Positions 28,541-38,933 of a stretch of DNA of 64,000 nt are shown piece by piece (within the stretch, counting starts at the first letter, position 1; every line of letters begins with the position of its first letter). Made by a program: the position numbers and the translations under genes. Below the pieces are notes generated by a model. That model was not told the origin of the DNA. It worked only from the letters and a program-made list of their open reading frames with translations, and searched no databases. Source of the DNA: Candidatus Gottesmanbacteria bacterium (lineage in GTDB: Bacteria > Patescibacteriota > Microgenomatia > UBA10105); the NCBI GenBank assembly GCA_023245415.1, contig JAHFKJ010000001.1, forward strand, positions 32,902 to 96,901, written 5' to 3'.

Positions 28541-29527
28541 ATGTTTGAATGGTCAAAACAAGTAATACTTCTTACTGGTGGGACAGGTTCTTTTGGTCAA
28601 GCTTTTACTAAGTATTTATTAAAAAAACAACCACCTAAATCACTACGGATTTATAGTCGTGATGAGTATAAACAATATTTGATGCAGCAAAAATTTAACC
28701 ATCGTGCATTACGCTATTTTTTAGGAGATGTACGTGATATCGATCGGTTACGCAGAGCAATGTCTGGGGTATCTTTAGTAATTCACGCAGCGGCTATGAA
28801 ACAAATTGTAGCTTCCGAATATAATCCCACTGAAGCAGTAAAAACTAATATATTCGGGACTATGAACGTTTTAAACGTGGCTCTTGATTATGATATTGAA
28901 AGAGTATTTGGACTAATCACCGACAAAGCAGTCAGTCCGATAAATCTATACGGTGCTACAAAGTTGTGTATGGAGAAACTGCTTATTCAAGGTAATGCTT
29001 ATCGAGGAAAATGTAAAACAAAATTAAGCTGCATACGGTATGGGAATGTTGCAGGCAGCCGTGGAAGTATTATTCCTCTATTTTCGAAACAGCAAAGAAA
29101 AGGATTTATAACGCTTACCCATCCCGAGATGACAAGATTCTGGTTGACATTGGAAGACGCTGTCAGTTACGTAATTAGATCGATTGAGATTATGAAGGGC
29201 GGAGAGGTGTTTATACCCAAGATGCCCAGTTTTAAAATAATTGATCTCATTAAAGCAATAAATCCAAAACTAAGGCATAAATTGATAGGGGTAAGACCAG
29301 GAGAAAAAATACACGAAGACTTAATTAATATTCATGAGTCTAAAAACATTAGAGAACTTCCCAAACATTTTGTACTTTTGCCAGAGTTTGATTTTTGGGA
29401 TGATCCCGGAAAAGAATATAAAGTTGGGAAAAATGTATCCGCGACATTTTCATATAGTAGTAATAATAATTCTCATTTTTTGTCACATACGCAACTTGCT
29501 CAGTTGTTAAAAACAATTGAGTTATGA
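28541..29527 (+). CDS. pseB: UDP-N-acetylglucosamine 4,6-dehydratase (inverting)
   Basis: TGGTGSFG, SRDEYKQ, HAAAMKQ, EYNP, TDKAVSPINLYGATK, RYGNVAGSRGS, MTRFW and RPGEKIHE. Confidence 0.93.
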   Translation: MFEWSKQVILLTGGTGSFGQAFTKYLLKKQPPKSLRIYSRDEYKQYLMQQKFNHRALRYFLGDVRDIDRLRRAMSGVSLVIHAAAMKQIVASEYNPTEAVKTNIFGTMNVLNVALDYDIERVFGLITDKAVSPINLYGATKLCMEKLLIQGNAYRGKCKTKLSCIRYGNVAGSRGSIIPLFSKQQRKGFITLTHPEMTRFWLTLEDAVSYVIRSIEIMKGGEVFIPKMPSFKIIDLIKAINPKLRHKLIGVRPGEKIHEDLINIHESKNIRELPKHFVLLPEFDFWDDPGKEYKVGKNVSATFSYSSNNNSHFLSHTQLAQLLKTIEL

Positions 29528-31425
29528 AAATTCCTACGGTTATTTTTGCTTTAAGTCAATCAGAGGCGATTAGTGCAATTGATTATAAAAAAAAACATCC
29601 GAACGAAAATGTCATCATACTTTCACCTGATCTGTCCGTTCAGATAATCTTACGCTCTGCCAATTTAAAACCACTCGAATATTTTAATAATTCCTACTAT
29701 AAAAACCGTCACTACTATACTGATTACTACTGGAAAGTAGAAAAGGAAGCTGTCAGGTTGACTCAACTAGTATTAAGTTTGTTATGTCGATTTAATACGA
29801 AGAGTAAAGATTACCTAATGCCTTTTCAAAATAGGCTAGAAATGGCTTATTTTGAAATACTCCAAACTTATACATTTTATCAATCACTTGAAAAAAAGTG
29901 GCATCCCAAAAATTATATCATTTCAGATATTTATAAAAATCAAAATACTAATTTATACACTCCATTTGCAAGTCTGTGGGAATTACTTCGAACTTTTTTT
30001 ATTCCTGTAAAGAAATTGAAATATTTACGAAGTTTTCCGCAGCCAAAAATACGAGTAAGGTTAAAATCATTATTATCAAATATTTATTCTACGAATTTAT
30101 CAATTACTCTCTTTCTGGTATTAATAGATCGTGTCAAAAATTATTTTATTAAGTATAAATTCAAAGAAGGTAATAATAGCGATGTGTTGATTTTCTCAGG
30201 AGGAAGAAATTTATACATTTATCAGGAACTTTTAAGTTTATTATTTAATAATAAACATATAAAATTCACAATAATTACAAGTCCGTTAACACTAAATGAT
30301 GAGATAAACTTTCGCCAGAAAAAAATTCCGTTTATACCTCTAGCCCATTATTTTACATCAGAATTGAACATTCTACAAAATAAAATAGCTGAAAAATTAA
30401 TTCCGCAAATGTTGTCTAACTTATTGAAAAGTAGATACAAAAATATATTTAGTTCGTATCCAATTTCGATGCAATCTGCGTTTCGTAAAAAAACTGAGCA
30501 AATTATTGGAGAAAACATGCACAAAAACATTAAACAGACATTATTAGCCAGAAAATTAATGACTATTTTTTCACCGCATCTTGTGATCACTACTCATGAT
30601 CCAGGTCCTACTGCCATGCCGTTTGCTTTAGCCGCAAAGCGTCGTGGCTTATCTTCACTTGTCTTAATGCACGGTTGGCAGGATACAATATTAGGCGTTA
30701 ACCATGAGAGTGAGAACATTGCTGTTTGGGGAGAATATGTGGCTAAGTGGTATAGGCGTAAACTGCATAATAAAAATACGCGTGTCTTTTCTCTTGGATA
30801 TCCGGTATTTGACGTGTTTTTTAAAGAACAGAGATTAAAAGTTAAAAACGATACTAAATTTCAAAAAATAAACCCAAAATTAAAAATTGCTGTTCTTCTT
30901 ACTATGTATCTTCCTAGTACTGCTCAAATAAGCAAATTTCTATTCGAACTGTTCAGTGAATTTTCAGAGGAAAAAGATAATTATGAGATTTCTCTGCGAA
31001 CTCATCCGAGTCAACCTACGAAAGGTATACTTGAGTTAGCAGAATCCTTAGAGATTGCCGTTATTCTAAATCCACCAGTATCATTAGAACAGTATATATT
31101 AAATAGTGATGTCATACTTTCATGGGATACCACAGCGATGTTTTGGGCTATGGTATATGGAAAGCCTTTATTTTATTGTACCCCTAATTGGTCAGAAGGT
31201 ATTACTCCGATAAGAAAGCTGGGAGGAGCCTGGATGGTAAAAAGCAGTAAAGATTTTTTTACTCAACTAAAAAGGTTGAAAATGTCGACACTTCTACTTA
31301 AGCAACTGCGTAAAGAACAAAAAAACTTCCTAAAAGAAATTATTGGTGTCACTGACGGTTCTTCTTCGCAAAAACATTATGAACTGATTATGCGTCTACT
31401 GAAAGAATCAACGGGAGTCAATTAG
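29524..31425 (+). CDS. hypothetical GT-B-fold protein, candidate nonulosonate transferase
   Basis: ATGA-coupled to pseB. C-half has MHG, AVWGE, GYPVFD, LRTHP and SDVILSWDTTAMFWAMVYGKP, resembling the GT-B sialyl-/glycerophosphotransferase-like pattern. Confidence 0.55.
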   Translation: MKIPTVIFALSQSEAISAIDYKKKHPNENVIILSPDLSVQIILRSANLKPLEYFNNSYYKNRHYYTDYYWKVEKEAVRLTQLVLSLLCRFNTKSKDYLMPFQNRLEMAYFEILQTYTFYQSLEKKWHPKNYIISDIYKNQNTNLYTPFASLWELLRTFFIPVKKLKYLRSFPQPKIRVRLKSLLSNIYSTNLSITLFLVLIDRVKNYFIKYKFKEGNNSDVLIFSGGRNLYIYQELLSLLFNNKHIKFTIITSPLTLNDEINFRQKKIPFIPLAHYFTSELNILQNKIAEKLIPQMLSNLLKSRYKNIFSSYPISMQSAFRKKTEQIIGENMHKNIKQTLLARKLMTIFSPHLVITTHDPGPTAMPFALAAKRRGLSSLVLMHGWQDTILGVNHESENIAVWGEYVAKWYRRKLHNKNTRVFSLGYPVFDVFFKEQRLKVKNDTKFQKINPKLKIAVLLTMYLPSTAQISKFLFELFSEFSEEKDNYEISLRTHPSQPTKGILELAESLEIAVILNPPVSLEQYILNSDVILSWDTTAMFWAMVYGKPLFYCTPNWSEGITPIRKLGGAWMVKSSKDFFTQLKRLKMSTLLLKQLRKEQKNFLKEIIGVTDGSSSQKHYELIMRLLKESTGVN

Positions 31426-31460
31426 ACTTGAAAAACTTATACTGATCAGGTTGTGTAAAC

Positions 31461-32561
31461 TCAATGTACAAGTTGCTGAAAAATAGAAATATACTGGTTT
31501 GCGATGATTTTATAGTTATAAAATGTTCGAATTAAAGTTGATGCATTTTTACCGATATGTTCTTTCAAATCATCTTGCTGATTAAGAGCGTTGATGTGTG
31601 ATACTATTTGTTTCAAGTTACCTGGATCGACCAGAATACAGTTGATTAAATGTTTAAATCTAAACTCTTCGACACCCGGAGTTTTAGTAAGAATTACAGC
31701 TTTGCTACAACTCATACAGCGCATAGCACTCGCCTGACCGCTAAAATGCTGATTTTGATTATTTAAGATTAGAACGATTTTGGAATTTCTAATTTTTTCA
31801 ACTAAATTGGCATTCTCAAAGTATTGTAGCCGAACGTTTTTTGGCATAGTTAGTTTAACCAAAGCAGGTTGAGTCGCAAATAAAAATTTTTCATTCGGAA
31901 AACTTAAAGCTACTTGGCGATATAGCTTCCAGTCGCGGGCCGGGTCAATTCCGATTCCAAGAATATATTTATCAGCGGAAGTTATAGCCGGTTTAAAAAA
32001 GTCTATATCAATTCCGCTATACGGCGCGAATCTAAAAAGAGTTATATCTAAATTAAAATTACTGGCCAGTAATTCGCATTCATGCCAACTGCTACCGGAA
32101 ATAAATAAGTCAACTTCAAGAAGCCAAGATTTTAAAACCCTTTTGTTAAATGAATTCTGTTTATTTATGAACTGATCGTACAATCCACAGATATTCATGA
32201 CTATTCTTGGTTTATTAATTAATCTCAACTTTTTTAATAATCCTAATGAAAGCCCAGTTTTAGGGGTGGTAGCAAATACAAACTGACTTCGATTAATTCT
32301 TTTTAGCAGTGGCAATATAGTTATTAAGGGAAAATTTATTCCGATTATTAAATTAAGAGTGTGATCTATAACTAAATGAAATAGTTTTACGAAAAAATTA
32401 TCTGAAGCAACAGTCGCAAAATCAAGGTTAAATTTTTTTTTAAATTCATGATAGAAATAGAAGTAGTCTTTTGGAATTTGACCGTTTTTAGCTTTAGACA
32501 GATCATTTTTGATAGAATTACGAAATAAATAAAGTAATTTTGTTTTATTTCTTTTCATCAT
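31461..32561 (-). CDS. GT4-like glycosyltransferase
   Basis: GIDIDFF, GIDPARDW and SGQASAMRCMSCSKAVI (divergent EX7E region). Confidence 0.75.
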   Translation of the reverse strand: MMKRNKTKLLYLFRNSIKNDLSKAKNGQIPKDYFYFYHEFKKKFNLDFATVASDNFFVKLFHLVIDHTLNLIIGINFPLITILPLLKRINRSQFVFATTPKTGLSLGLLKKLRLINKPRIVMNICGLYDQFINKQNSFNKRVLKSWLLEVDLFISGSSWHECELLASNFNLDITLFRFAPYSGIDIDFFKPAITSADKYILGIGIDPARDWKLYRQVALSFPNEKFLFATQPALVKLTMPKNVRLQYFENANLVEKIRNSKIVLILNNQNQHFSGQASAMRCMSCSKAVILTKTPGVEEFRFKHLINCILVDPGNLKQIVSHINALNQQDDLKEHIGKNASTLIRTFYNYKIIANQYISIFQQLVH

Positions 32562-32600
32562 TCAGCATTTTATTGATTAAGTTATTTTTGCAAAAAAACT

Positions 32601-34034
32601 ATGCATATAAAATATATACTCGTTAGTCTGGCATTTACATTATTAGCTTCATGGATTATTCCTACTGAATTTACTACAGAAGATACCGCTATTCATGTAC
32701 CTTTTATCAAAAAAATTCTTACTCCAGAATTATATGAAGGCGATTATATATTTTTATCTAAATCACCTCAGGCAGAAATTTCATTCTATTATTTAAGTTT
32801 GGCTTTTGTGTCAAAGCAATTTAATTTAACAATTAAAGCACTTTACGAGTATGGTCGTAACATTTATTTCTTTTTATTTTTCATTACACTTTTTGTGTAC
32901 AGTCAAAAATTTTTCACCAGAATATCAATTGGTATGATTTTAGGGTTAATAGTCTTCTTTCACATACCAATAGGGGGGACTGCAACATTTCATTTGGAAG
33001 CAGAGATTATACCCAGGGCATTGGGAATGCTCATGAGTCTAATTATTCTATATTTGATTTTAACACAAAGGAAACGCCAGGGAATCTTGTTTGTGGGTGT
33101 AGCTTTTGCGGTTCATCCGTTATCAGCATTTTATACTTTGTGTTTGATCGGGGTTTACATGCTATATAAGGAGCAGTTTATGTCTCCGTCTAGAATAATT
33201 TATTTTTTTTGCACTATTTTAGGATTGCTAATTTTCTTAAACCTGATTAATTTCAATTTATTATCGATTGATAGATTCTGGTTATCTATCATACGCTTTA
33301 GGAATAGTTATGCTTTTCTTGATCTTTGGAATATAGTTGCCTGGTTCAATCTGCTAGTAACTCTTGTTCCAGGACTTATTTTTTTAAATCAGAAGAAAAC
33401 TAGACTTCATAAATGGAAATTTATATTACGGGTAACATACTTTACTGCAATCATTATCACCTTTGTACATATCTGCTTCGCCCTGATATATCCTATAGAT
33501 TTTGTAATATCTCTGCAACTTTTGCGAATATGGTATTATCCAACTGCATGTTCATTGGCTTGTTTTGCTTATTATGTGACCAATTACTTTAAGTCAAGAA
33601 TCTCAAAATCGGTATTACTGGGTATTTTTTTATTTGTGGCTGTGGTTTTTTTAAGTAATAAGTCAAACCACACGAGTAGTCAGTGGTTAGAAGTTGGAGA
33701 CTGGGTAAGTATAAACATCAAGAAGAATTGTACATTTTTAGTTCCATTTTATTCCAAAGGATTTAGAGCGATTTCAAATAGATCTTCCAGCGGAGAGTTT
33801 AAAGATGGAGCACTAAGTTTCTACTCAAAAGAATTTGCATTGTCCTGGTACAAAAGATATCAGGATCTTCATAATTGGGAAACTCTAACTACTGCTCAAA
33901 TTGGAGAATTAAGTTACAAATACCATTTTCAATATATTGTAGAATCCAAAAATCAAGAGCGTAATCTGACAAAAGTTTATTTTAATGATAACTATCAGAT
34001 CTACCAAATAAGTCCCCTTACGATCTGCAAATAG
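32601..34034 (+). CDS. polytopic membrane protein, DUF6798/GT-C-like
   Basis: ED...PELYEGD, HPL, and C-terminal FRAISNRS...FKDG...WYKR motif. Confidence 0.65.
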   Translation: MHIKYILVSLAFTLLASWIIPTEFTTEDTAIHVPFIKKILTPELYEGDYIFLSKSPQAEISFYYLSLAFVSKQFNLTIKALYEYGRNIYFFLFFITLFVYSQKFFTRISIGMILGLIVFFHIPIGGTATFHLEAEIIPRALGMLMSLIILYLILTQRKRQGILFVGVAFAVHPLSAFYTLCLIGVYMLYKEQFMSPSRIIYFFCTILGLLIFLNLINFNLLSIDRFWLSIIRFRNSYAFLDLWNIVAWFNLLVTLVPGLIFLNQKKTRLHKWKFILRVTYFTAIIITFVHICFALIYPIDFVISLQLLRIWYYPTACSLACFAYYVTNYFKSRISKSVLLGIFLFVAVVFLSNKSNHTSSQWLEVGDWVSINIKKNCTFLVPFYSKGFRAISNRSSSGEFKDGALSFYSKEFALSWYKRYQDLHNWETLTTAQIGELSYKYHFQYIVESKNQERNLTKVYFNDNYQIYQISPLTICK

Positions 34035-34036
34035 AT

Positions 34037-35104
34037 ATGCGAGTGTGTTTTTTCGGGTCTTATGATCCGCGTTATTCAAGAAATAAAATTCTTATCGACG
34101 GGTTAGAAAAAAACAACGTATTAGTATTGCATTGTCGATCAACTCACCCAAGTGTATTCACTCGCTATCCTGAGCTTATTAAACAGTTCTTAAAAATTGG
34201 GATGAATTATGATATTTTATATGTTGGATTTGTTGGGCATTTAGATATGCCGCTCGCATTCGTTTTAGCTAAACTCACCGGTAAAAAAGTAGTTTTTGAT
34301 ATGTTTTATTCAATGTATGATACGTATGTTTACGATAGACAAAGTGCTAAGTCAGAAAGTTGGCGGGCAAAATCCTACTACTGGATTGATAGGATTGCTG
34401 CTGTACTTGCAGATTTAATCATTACCGATACCCGAGCGCATACGCAGTATTTTATCAAAAATTTTCATATAAATCGTCGAAAATTTCAACGAATATTCGT
34501 CGGTGGAGATGATACTCTATTTAAACCTTTCGTAAGAAGTAAGAGATTGCCTATTGTAATTGAATTCCATGGAATGTTTACTCGACTTCATGGAGCAGAA
34601 TATTTTGTTAAAGCCGCTAAGTTATTAGAGAATAATAAGAGTCTCTGTTTTCTTTTAATAGGGAGTACCTCAAATTATCCGCTGCCTATTGAAATTTATA
34701 AGAAACTTAGACCTAAAACTATGAAGTATATTCCTGCGCTTTCACTGACTAAACTCGCTAAAACCATAGCCGAAAGCGATATATGTATTGGTCATGTTGG
34801 GATTACTCAGAAAGCAAAACGTGTCATCACGAATAAAATGTATCATGGAATATTCTGTAAAGTTGCCGTAATTGCCGGAAATTGCCAAGCAAGTAGAGAG
34901 CTATTTACAAATCGAAAGACTGCCCTTTTTGTGAAAATGGGTGATGTAGTAGATTTAGCTGAAAAAATTAAACTGCTGGCATTTAATTCTAAATTACGAA
35001 ATGATATTTCAGAAAATGGTTATAAATTGGCGAAATCTAATCTGACAAATTACCAACTGGGAAAAAAATTATTGGGATATATGAATCATTTAATTAGATC
35101 GTGA
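34037..35104 (+). CDS. GT4-like glycosyltransferase
   Basis: YSRNKIL, DTRAH, FHGMFTRLHG and KAKRVITNKMY. Confidence 0.85.
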   Translation: MRVCFFGSYDPRYSRNKILIDGLEKNNVLVLHCRSTHPSVFTRYPELIKQFLKIGMNYDILYVGFVGHLDMPLAFVLAKLTGKKVVFDMFYSMYDTYVYDRQSAKSESWRAKSYYWIDRIAAVLADLIITDTRAHTQYFIKNFHINRRKFQRIFVGGDDTLFKPFVRSKRLPIVIEFHGMFTRLHGAEYFVKAAKLLENNKSLCFLLIGSTSNYPLPIEIYKKLRPKTMKYIPALSLTKLAKTIAESDICIGHVGITQKAKRVITNKMYHGIFCKVAVIAGNCQASRELFTNRKTALFVKMGDVVDLAEKIKLLAFNSKLRNDISENGYKLAKSNLTNYQLGKKLLGYMNHLIRS

Positions 35105-36415
35105 GTGTCTGCTAAGAAATGCATCAAATGTTTCTTGAATATATTGAAGATGTGAATATGTAATGTGTGGACCGATTCCGATAAAAAAAGTATCTTTTAA
35201 CACTTTATCAGAATTGGTAAGTAAATTGCTGATTTTATATTTTACACGTCGTAATGCCGGTTGGCGAACGATATTTCCGGCGAAGACTGTTCGCGTTTCG
35301 ATAAGGTGTCGTTCCAGGTATTGGGTGATTTGGCTACGGGTAAAAGTTACTTTGTCACGAATGGTTAGAGGGAAGCTGAACCAGCACGGGTTAGCTTTTG
35401 GTAAACTTCGAGGAAGGATAAATAAATTTTCATAGGTTTTAAAAAATCTTAGTAACTGGGCGAAATTTCTTCGTCTGGCAGAAGCCATTGTCGGAAAACG
35501 GTGAAGCTGTGCAAGACCCATTGCAGCCTGTATTTCTACCGGTTTCAAATTGAAGCCGAGCGTTAGAAACAAGTATTTATGATCAATGGGAATATCATCA
35601 ATTTTAAAATTGAAACGATTCCGACAGGCTCCGTTCCGATCTTTTTCAAGAGAAGTACACCAGCAGCCTCTCCCCCAATTTCTGAACGATAGTATAACTC
35701 TGTGCAAACGGGGATCGTTAATAAACACAGCTCCTCCTTCACCAGCCATTGTGATGTGATGCGCGGGATAAAATGAACAAGTAGCTAATATTCCAAAGCT
35801 GCCGGTTTTTTTACCATCATACTCAGAGCCTAATGCATCGCAGTTATCTTCGATAACGAGTAGTTTATGTTTTTGAGCAACTTTCATAATTTTCTCCATT
35901 TCATTCGGGTTTCCCAGCGTATGTGGAATAAAAATAGCTCGGGTAATGGGAGTAATAGCTTCTTCTATCATTTGTATATTGGGATTGTATGTTCCCAAAT
36001 CTATATCAGTAAACACTGGCGTCATACCCATGTGAACTATCGCGGCCGCCGTAGTGGCGAAAGTACAGGCGGGAGTAATAATCTCGGCACCTTTTTCTAT
36101 TCTGTCTGAATACAAATCACTCGTAATACTCGCCATACAAAGTAAACTCGCAGACGAACCTGAATTGGTTAGTAATGTACTGTTTGAACCGATATATAGG
36201 CTTAAAGCTTTTTCGAGCATGTCACCTTTTATACCCAAACCGAACCAGCCACCCAACATAGTATCGGTCATTTGAATTAACTCTTCTGATCCATAGAATG
36301 AACCGGAATAACGTACTTTATGTTTACCAGGAATAAATTTTTTTTCCAACTGCGTGATTTTATAGTACTGTCGAAGCAATTTATGAACCTTGTTTTTTAA
36401 AAGATGCTTTTTCAT
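35090..36415 (-). CDS. rfbH: CDP-4-keto-6-deoxyglucose 3-dehydratase (E1/DdhC/RfbH)
   Basis: NSGSSA, HTLGNP, EDNCDALG, SFYPAHHIT (His at the PLP-Lys position), WGRGCWC...C, DHKY and FAGN. Confidence 0.9.
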   Translation of the reverse strand: MKKHLLKNKVHKLLRQYYKITQLEKKFIPGKHKVRYSGSFYGSEELIQMTDTMLGGWFGLGIKGDMLEKALSLYIGSNSTLLTNSGSSASLLCMASITSDLYSDRIEKGAEIITPACTFATTAAAIVHMGMTPVFTDIDLGTYNPNIQMIEEAITPITRAIFIPHTLGNPNEMEKIMKVAQKHKLLVIEDNCDALGSEYDGKKTGSFGILATCSFYPAHHITMAGEGGAVFINDPRLHRVILSFRNWGRGCWCTSLEKDRNGACRNRFNFKIDDIPIDHKYLFLTLGFNLKPVEIQAAMGLAQLHRFPTMASARRRNFAQLLRFFKTYENLFILPRSLPKANPCWFSFPLTIRDKVTFTRSQITQYLERHLIETRTVFAGNIVRQPALRRVKYKISNLLTNSDKVLKDTFFIGIGPHITYSHLQYIQETFDAFLSRHSRSN

Positions 36416-36430
36416 AATAAAATCAATAGA

Positions 36431-37303
36431 TTAGTAAATAACATGAGTTATGTATTCTTCAAGCGATACTTTCCAATCGCGCATCTGATCTAGTCCTAAT
36501 TCGATGAGTTTTCCATTTCGTACTTCAAGCTTTCGGCTTCTTGGCGCGGCTTCTATAAACGTATCTGCAGGTATGGCAGAGAGTTTTATGTTTCGAATAC
36601 GGGCAAAGTCTAATATGGTTTTTGCATATTCAAAATAACTTGTAATTCCGTGGCCTACCATATTATATGTTCCATAAATCTGGTTATCAATTAATGTAAG
36701 CAAGTTTTTTATACTGTCTCGGCTATAACTGGGCTGAATAAATCTGTCAGAAACAACGGATATTCTATTACGAATCTTTGCGAGTTCTAATATTTTATGA
36801 ACAAATTTTTTATCTTTATTTTTTCCACCAAACAACGAACCTAATCGCACAACTAACTTTTTATCAATATCTAATTCCTCTAGCATCTGTTCTGCGATTA
36901 ACTTATGTTTTGCGTAAATACCAAGAGTTTCACTTAGAATAGGTTGATCAAATCGATCATCGATTGGAGATTTATTTAACCCTGAAAATACATAGTAAGT
37001 ACTCGGAAAAACAAATGTGCTGTCAATTTTTTTACAAGCTTTGGCGATATAAAAAACGGCTTGAGCATTTACTAAGAAACTTTGGTCAGGGTGATTTTCA
37101 CACCAATCAACATCCGTTTTGGCAGCGAAATGAAATACAATTTTTGGGTTTAAACGAAGTATTTTTTCGTGAACGTCATATTTATTAGTAACGTCTAATT
37201 CTTTTGCAGTCCACTTAATTAAACAGTATCTTTCTGGATTAAGCAAATCTATAATTTCTTGAGCTAAAGCTCCATTGGCTCCAGTTAATAACGCGGTCTT
37301 CAT
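36431..37303 (-). CDS. rmlD: RmlD-like NDP-4-keto-6-deoxyhexose reductase
   Basis: TGANGAL, AAKTDVDWCE, STYYVFSG, YAKHK and AAPRS; the substrate is uncertain. Confidence 0.75.
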   Translation of the reverse strand: MKTALLTGANGALAQEIIDLLNPERYCLIKWTAKELDVTNKYDVHEKILRLNPKIVFHFAAKTDVDWCENHPDQSFLVNAQAVFYIAKACKKIDSTFVFPSTYYVFSGLNKSPIDDRFDQPILSETLGIYAKHKLIAEQMLEELDIDKKLVVRLGSLFGGKNKDKKFVHKILELAKIRNRISVVSDRFIQPSYSRDSIKNLLTLIDNQIYGTYNMVGHGITSYFEYAKTILDFARIRNIKLSAIPADTFIEAAPRSRKLEVRNGKLIELGLDQMRDWKVSLEEYITHVIY

Positions 37304-37355
37304 AGCATTAAACTGCTTTTTGTGATAAGTTCCAAAAATTATGAAAATACTAAAA

Positions 37356-38933
37356 TTATGTTTTTACACCCATATACAATACTTTATGAGAAGGCGAATA
37401 AATTACAAAATTGGTCTTAACATCAAAAGGAAATTCTGCTGGTGGTCCAATGTATAAAGTATTCTGCTGATGTGATATTGAATTCCAATTCTGACCTGTA
37501 AAATCATACTTTCCAAAAGCATTGAATCCTATAAAAGAATTCCGTTTTTTTAGTTGATTTTTTAGCCACAGCGGATCCTTTTTATTATATAAAAGTACAT
37601 AAATATATGCTTGTTTTATATTCTGTGATATAATAATTTTGTCGACAGATGTTTCATATTTATTTGCTTCAACAGCTAATTCTTTAACGCCATACTCCCA
37701 AGAATCATAAAACCTGATCGGACTATTTATAAAATATTGATTAGAGAAATATATAAGATTTAAAGCAAATAATCCGCAAATTAAAGAATAAAGATAACGT
37801 AAGATAGGACGTCTATTTATCATTTTTAGGAAATAAAGTAGTCCGAGAGAAATTACAAGCTGAAGAACAGGTAATAGAAGTAAGATGCGTCCTGCATTGG
37901 GTGGACCCACAGTTAAGGCTCCTGGTAAAGGAGCGATAAGAATCCAGAGGAATATAAATGATTTAAGTGACCTTAATTTCCAAAGAGTGTACATCCCGAT
38001 TAATAAAAACGGAAATTCAATTACAAATAAAAGACCAATGTCCTGGACTTGAAAATAGCGCATAGTACTGGTGTCAAAGAATAAGTTATGCGGGTTAAAT
38101 TGATTTATGTAATTTAATGAAAACTTAAAGAAGATTTTAGGAATTGATAGAGATTTTTCTTCCTTTTCACGGACGAAAATATTTATACCTCCAAATCGAG
38201 TTTGAGCAAGGGGCTTAGAGAAAAAATCGAAGACGATAGGTAATGTAACAATAATAAATATTAGACAGCAAAAAATTAAATATAGAATTTTTTTATAAAA
38301 AAAATGCCTGCAATGATAAATAAGCAGTAATAGTAATATAGGAGACGTAAGTCTTGGAGCATGATATGCATAAAATGTACTCCCCATAATTAGAAAACTC
38401 ATAGAAACTGCAAAACGATTAGATTTTCTAATCCCTAATAAAAATGTCCACATTCCTAAAAATTGGAGCACTAACCCATAAATAGCATCATGGGCTATTC
38501 GTGAAAATTGAATATGCCATGGAGAAAACGCAATCAGGGTAGTACATAGGAGAGCAATTTTGTATGGATGTTTTGAAATAATTATATTGTTAGAATCGAA
38601 TAGCTCAGAAATGAATAAAAATATTATTGCAAGTGAAAGCATGCTAACGATTACTGATGGGAAACGTACTGTAAAATCATTCAAGCCAAGTAGTGCAATA
38701 GCAGGAACGGTTGAATAAAAAATGAGCGGACTTACATCAGCACGAAGTATTAAAGGCCACGTTTTTCCGTATTCATCGATGCCGGACTTAAGCAGACTAT
38801 AAGCGTTATATCCAACTCCAACTTCATCACCGTGGAGTGAAATCGGAATTTTTCCTAGTTGCCACAGATTCAAACATAATGATAACGCGGAAATGCCAAA
38901 GAAAAATAATAAAATCTTATTTTTGCGTCTCAT
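37356..38933 (-). CDS. GT-C (GT83/GT39, ArnT/PMT_2-like) membrane glycosyltransferase
   Basis: HGDEVGVGYNAYSLLKSGIDEYG, VRFPS, SPWHIQFSR and YAYHAPR. Confidence 0.85.
   Translation of the reverse strand: MRRKNKILLFFFGISALSLCLNLWQLGKIPISLHGDEVGVGYNAYSLLKSGIDEYGKTWPLILRADVSPLIFYSTVPAIALLGLNDFTVRFPSVIVSMLSLAIIFLFISELFDSNNIIISKHPYKIALLCTTLIAFSPWHIQFSRIAHDAIYGLVLQFLGMWTFLLGIRKSNRFAVSMSFLIMGSTFYAYHAPRLTSPILLLLLIYHCRHFFYKKILYLIFCCLIFIIVTLPIVFDFFSKPLAQTRFGGINIFVREKEEKSLSIPKIFFKFSLNYINQFNPHNLFFDTSTMRYFQVQDIGLLFVIEFPFLLIGMYTLWKLRSLKSFIFLWILIAPLPGALTVGPPNAGRILLLLPVLQLVISLGLLYFLKMINRRPILRYLYSLICGLFALNLIYFSNQYFINSPIRFYDSWEYGVKELAVEANKYETSVDKIIISQNIKQAYIYVLLYNKKDPLWLKNQLKKRNSFIGFNAFGKYDFTGQNWNSISHQQNTLYIGPPAEFPFDVKTNFVIYSPSHKVLYMGVKT

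Noticed and set aside
11393-36415. Antibiotic or secondary-metabolite cluster suggested by C-methyltransferases, RfbH and DegT enzymes
   Set aside because: No PKS, NRPS, aglycone or resistance genes; the context is flippase, GT4, GT2 and GT-C surface-glycan machinery.
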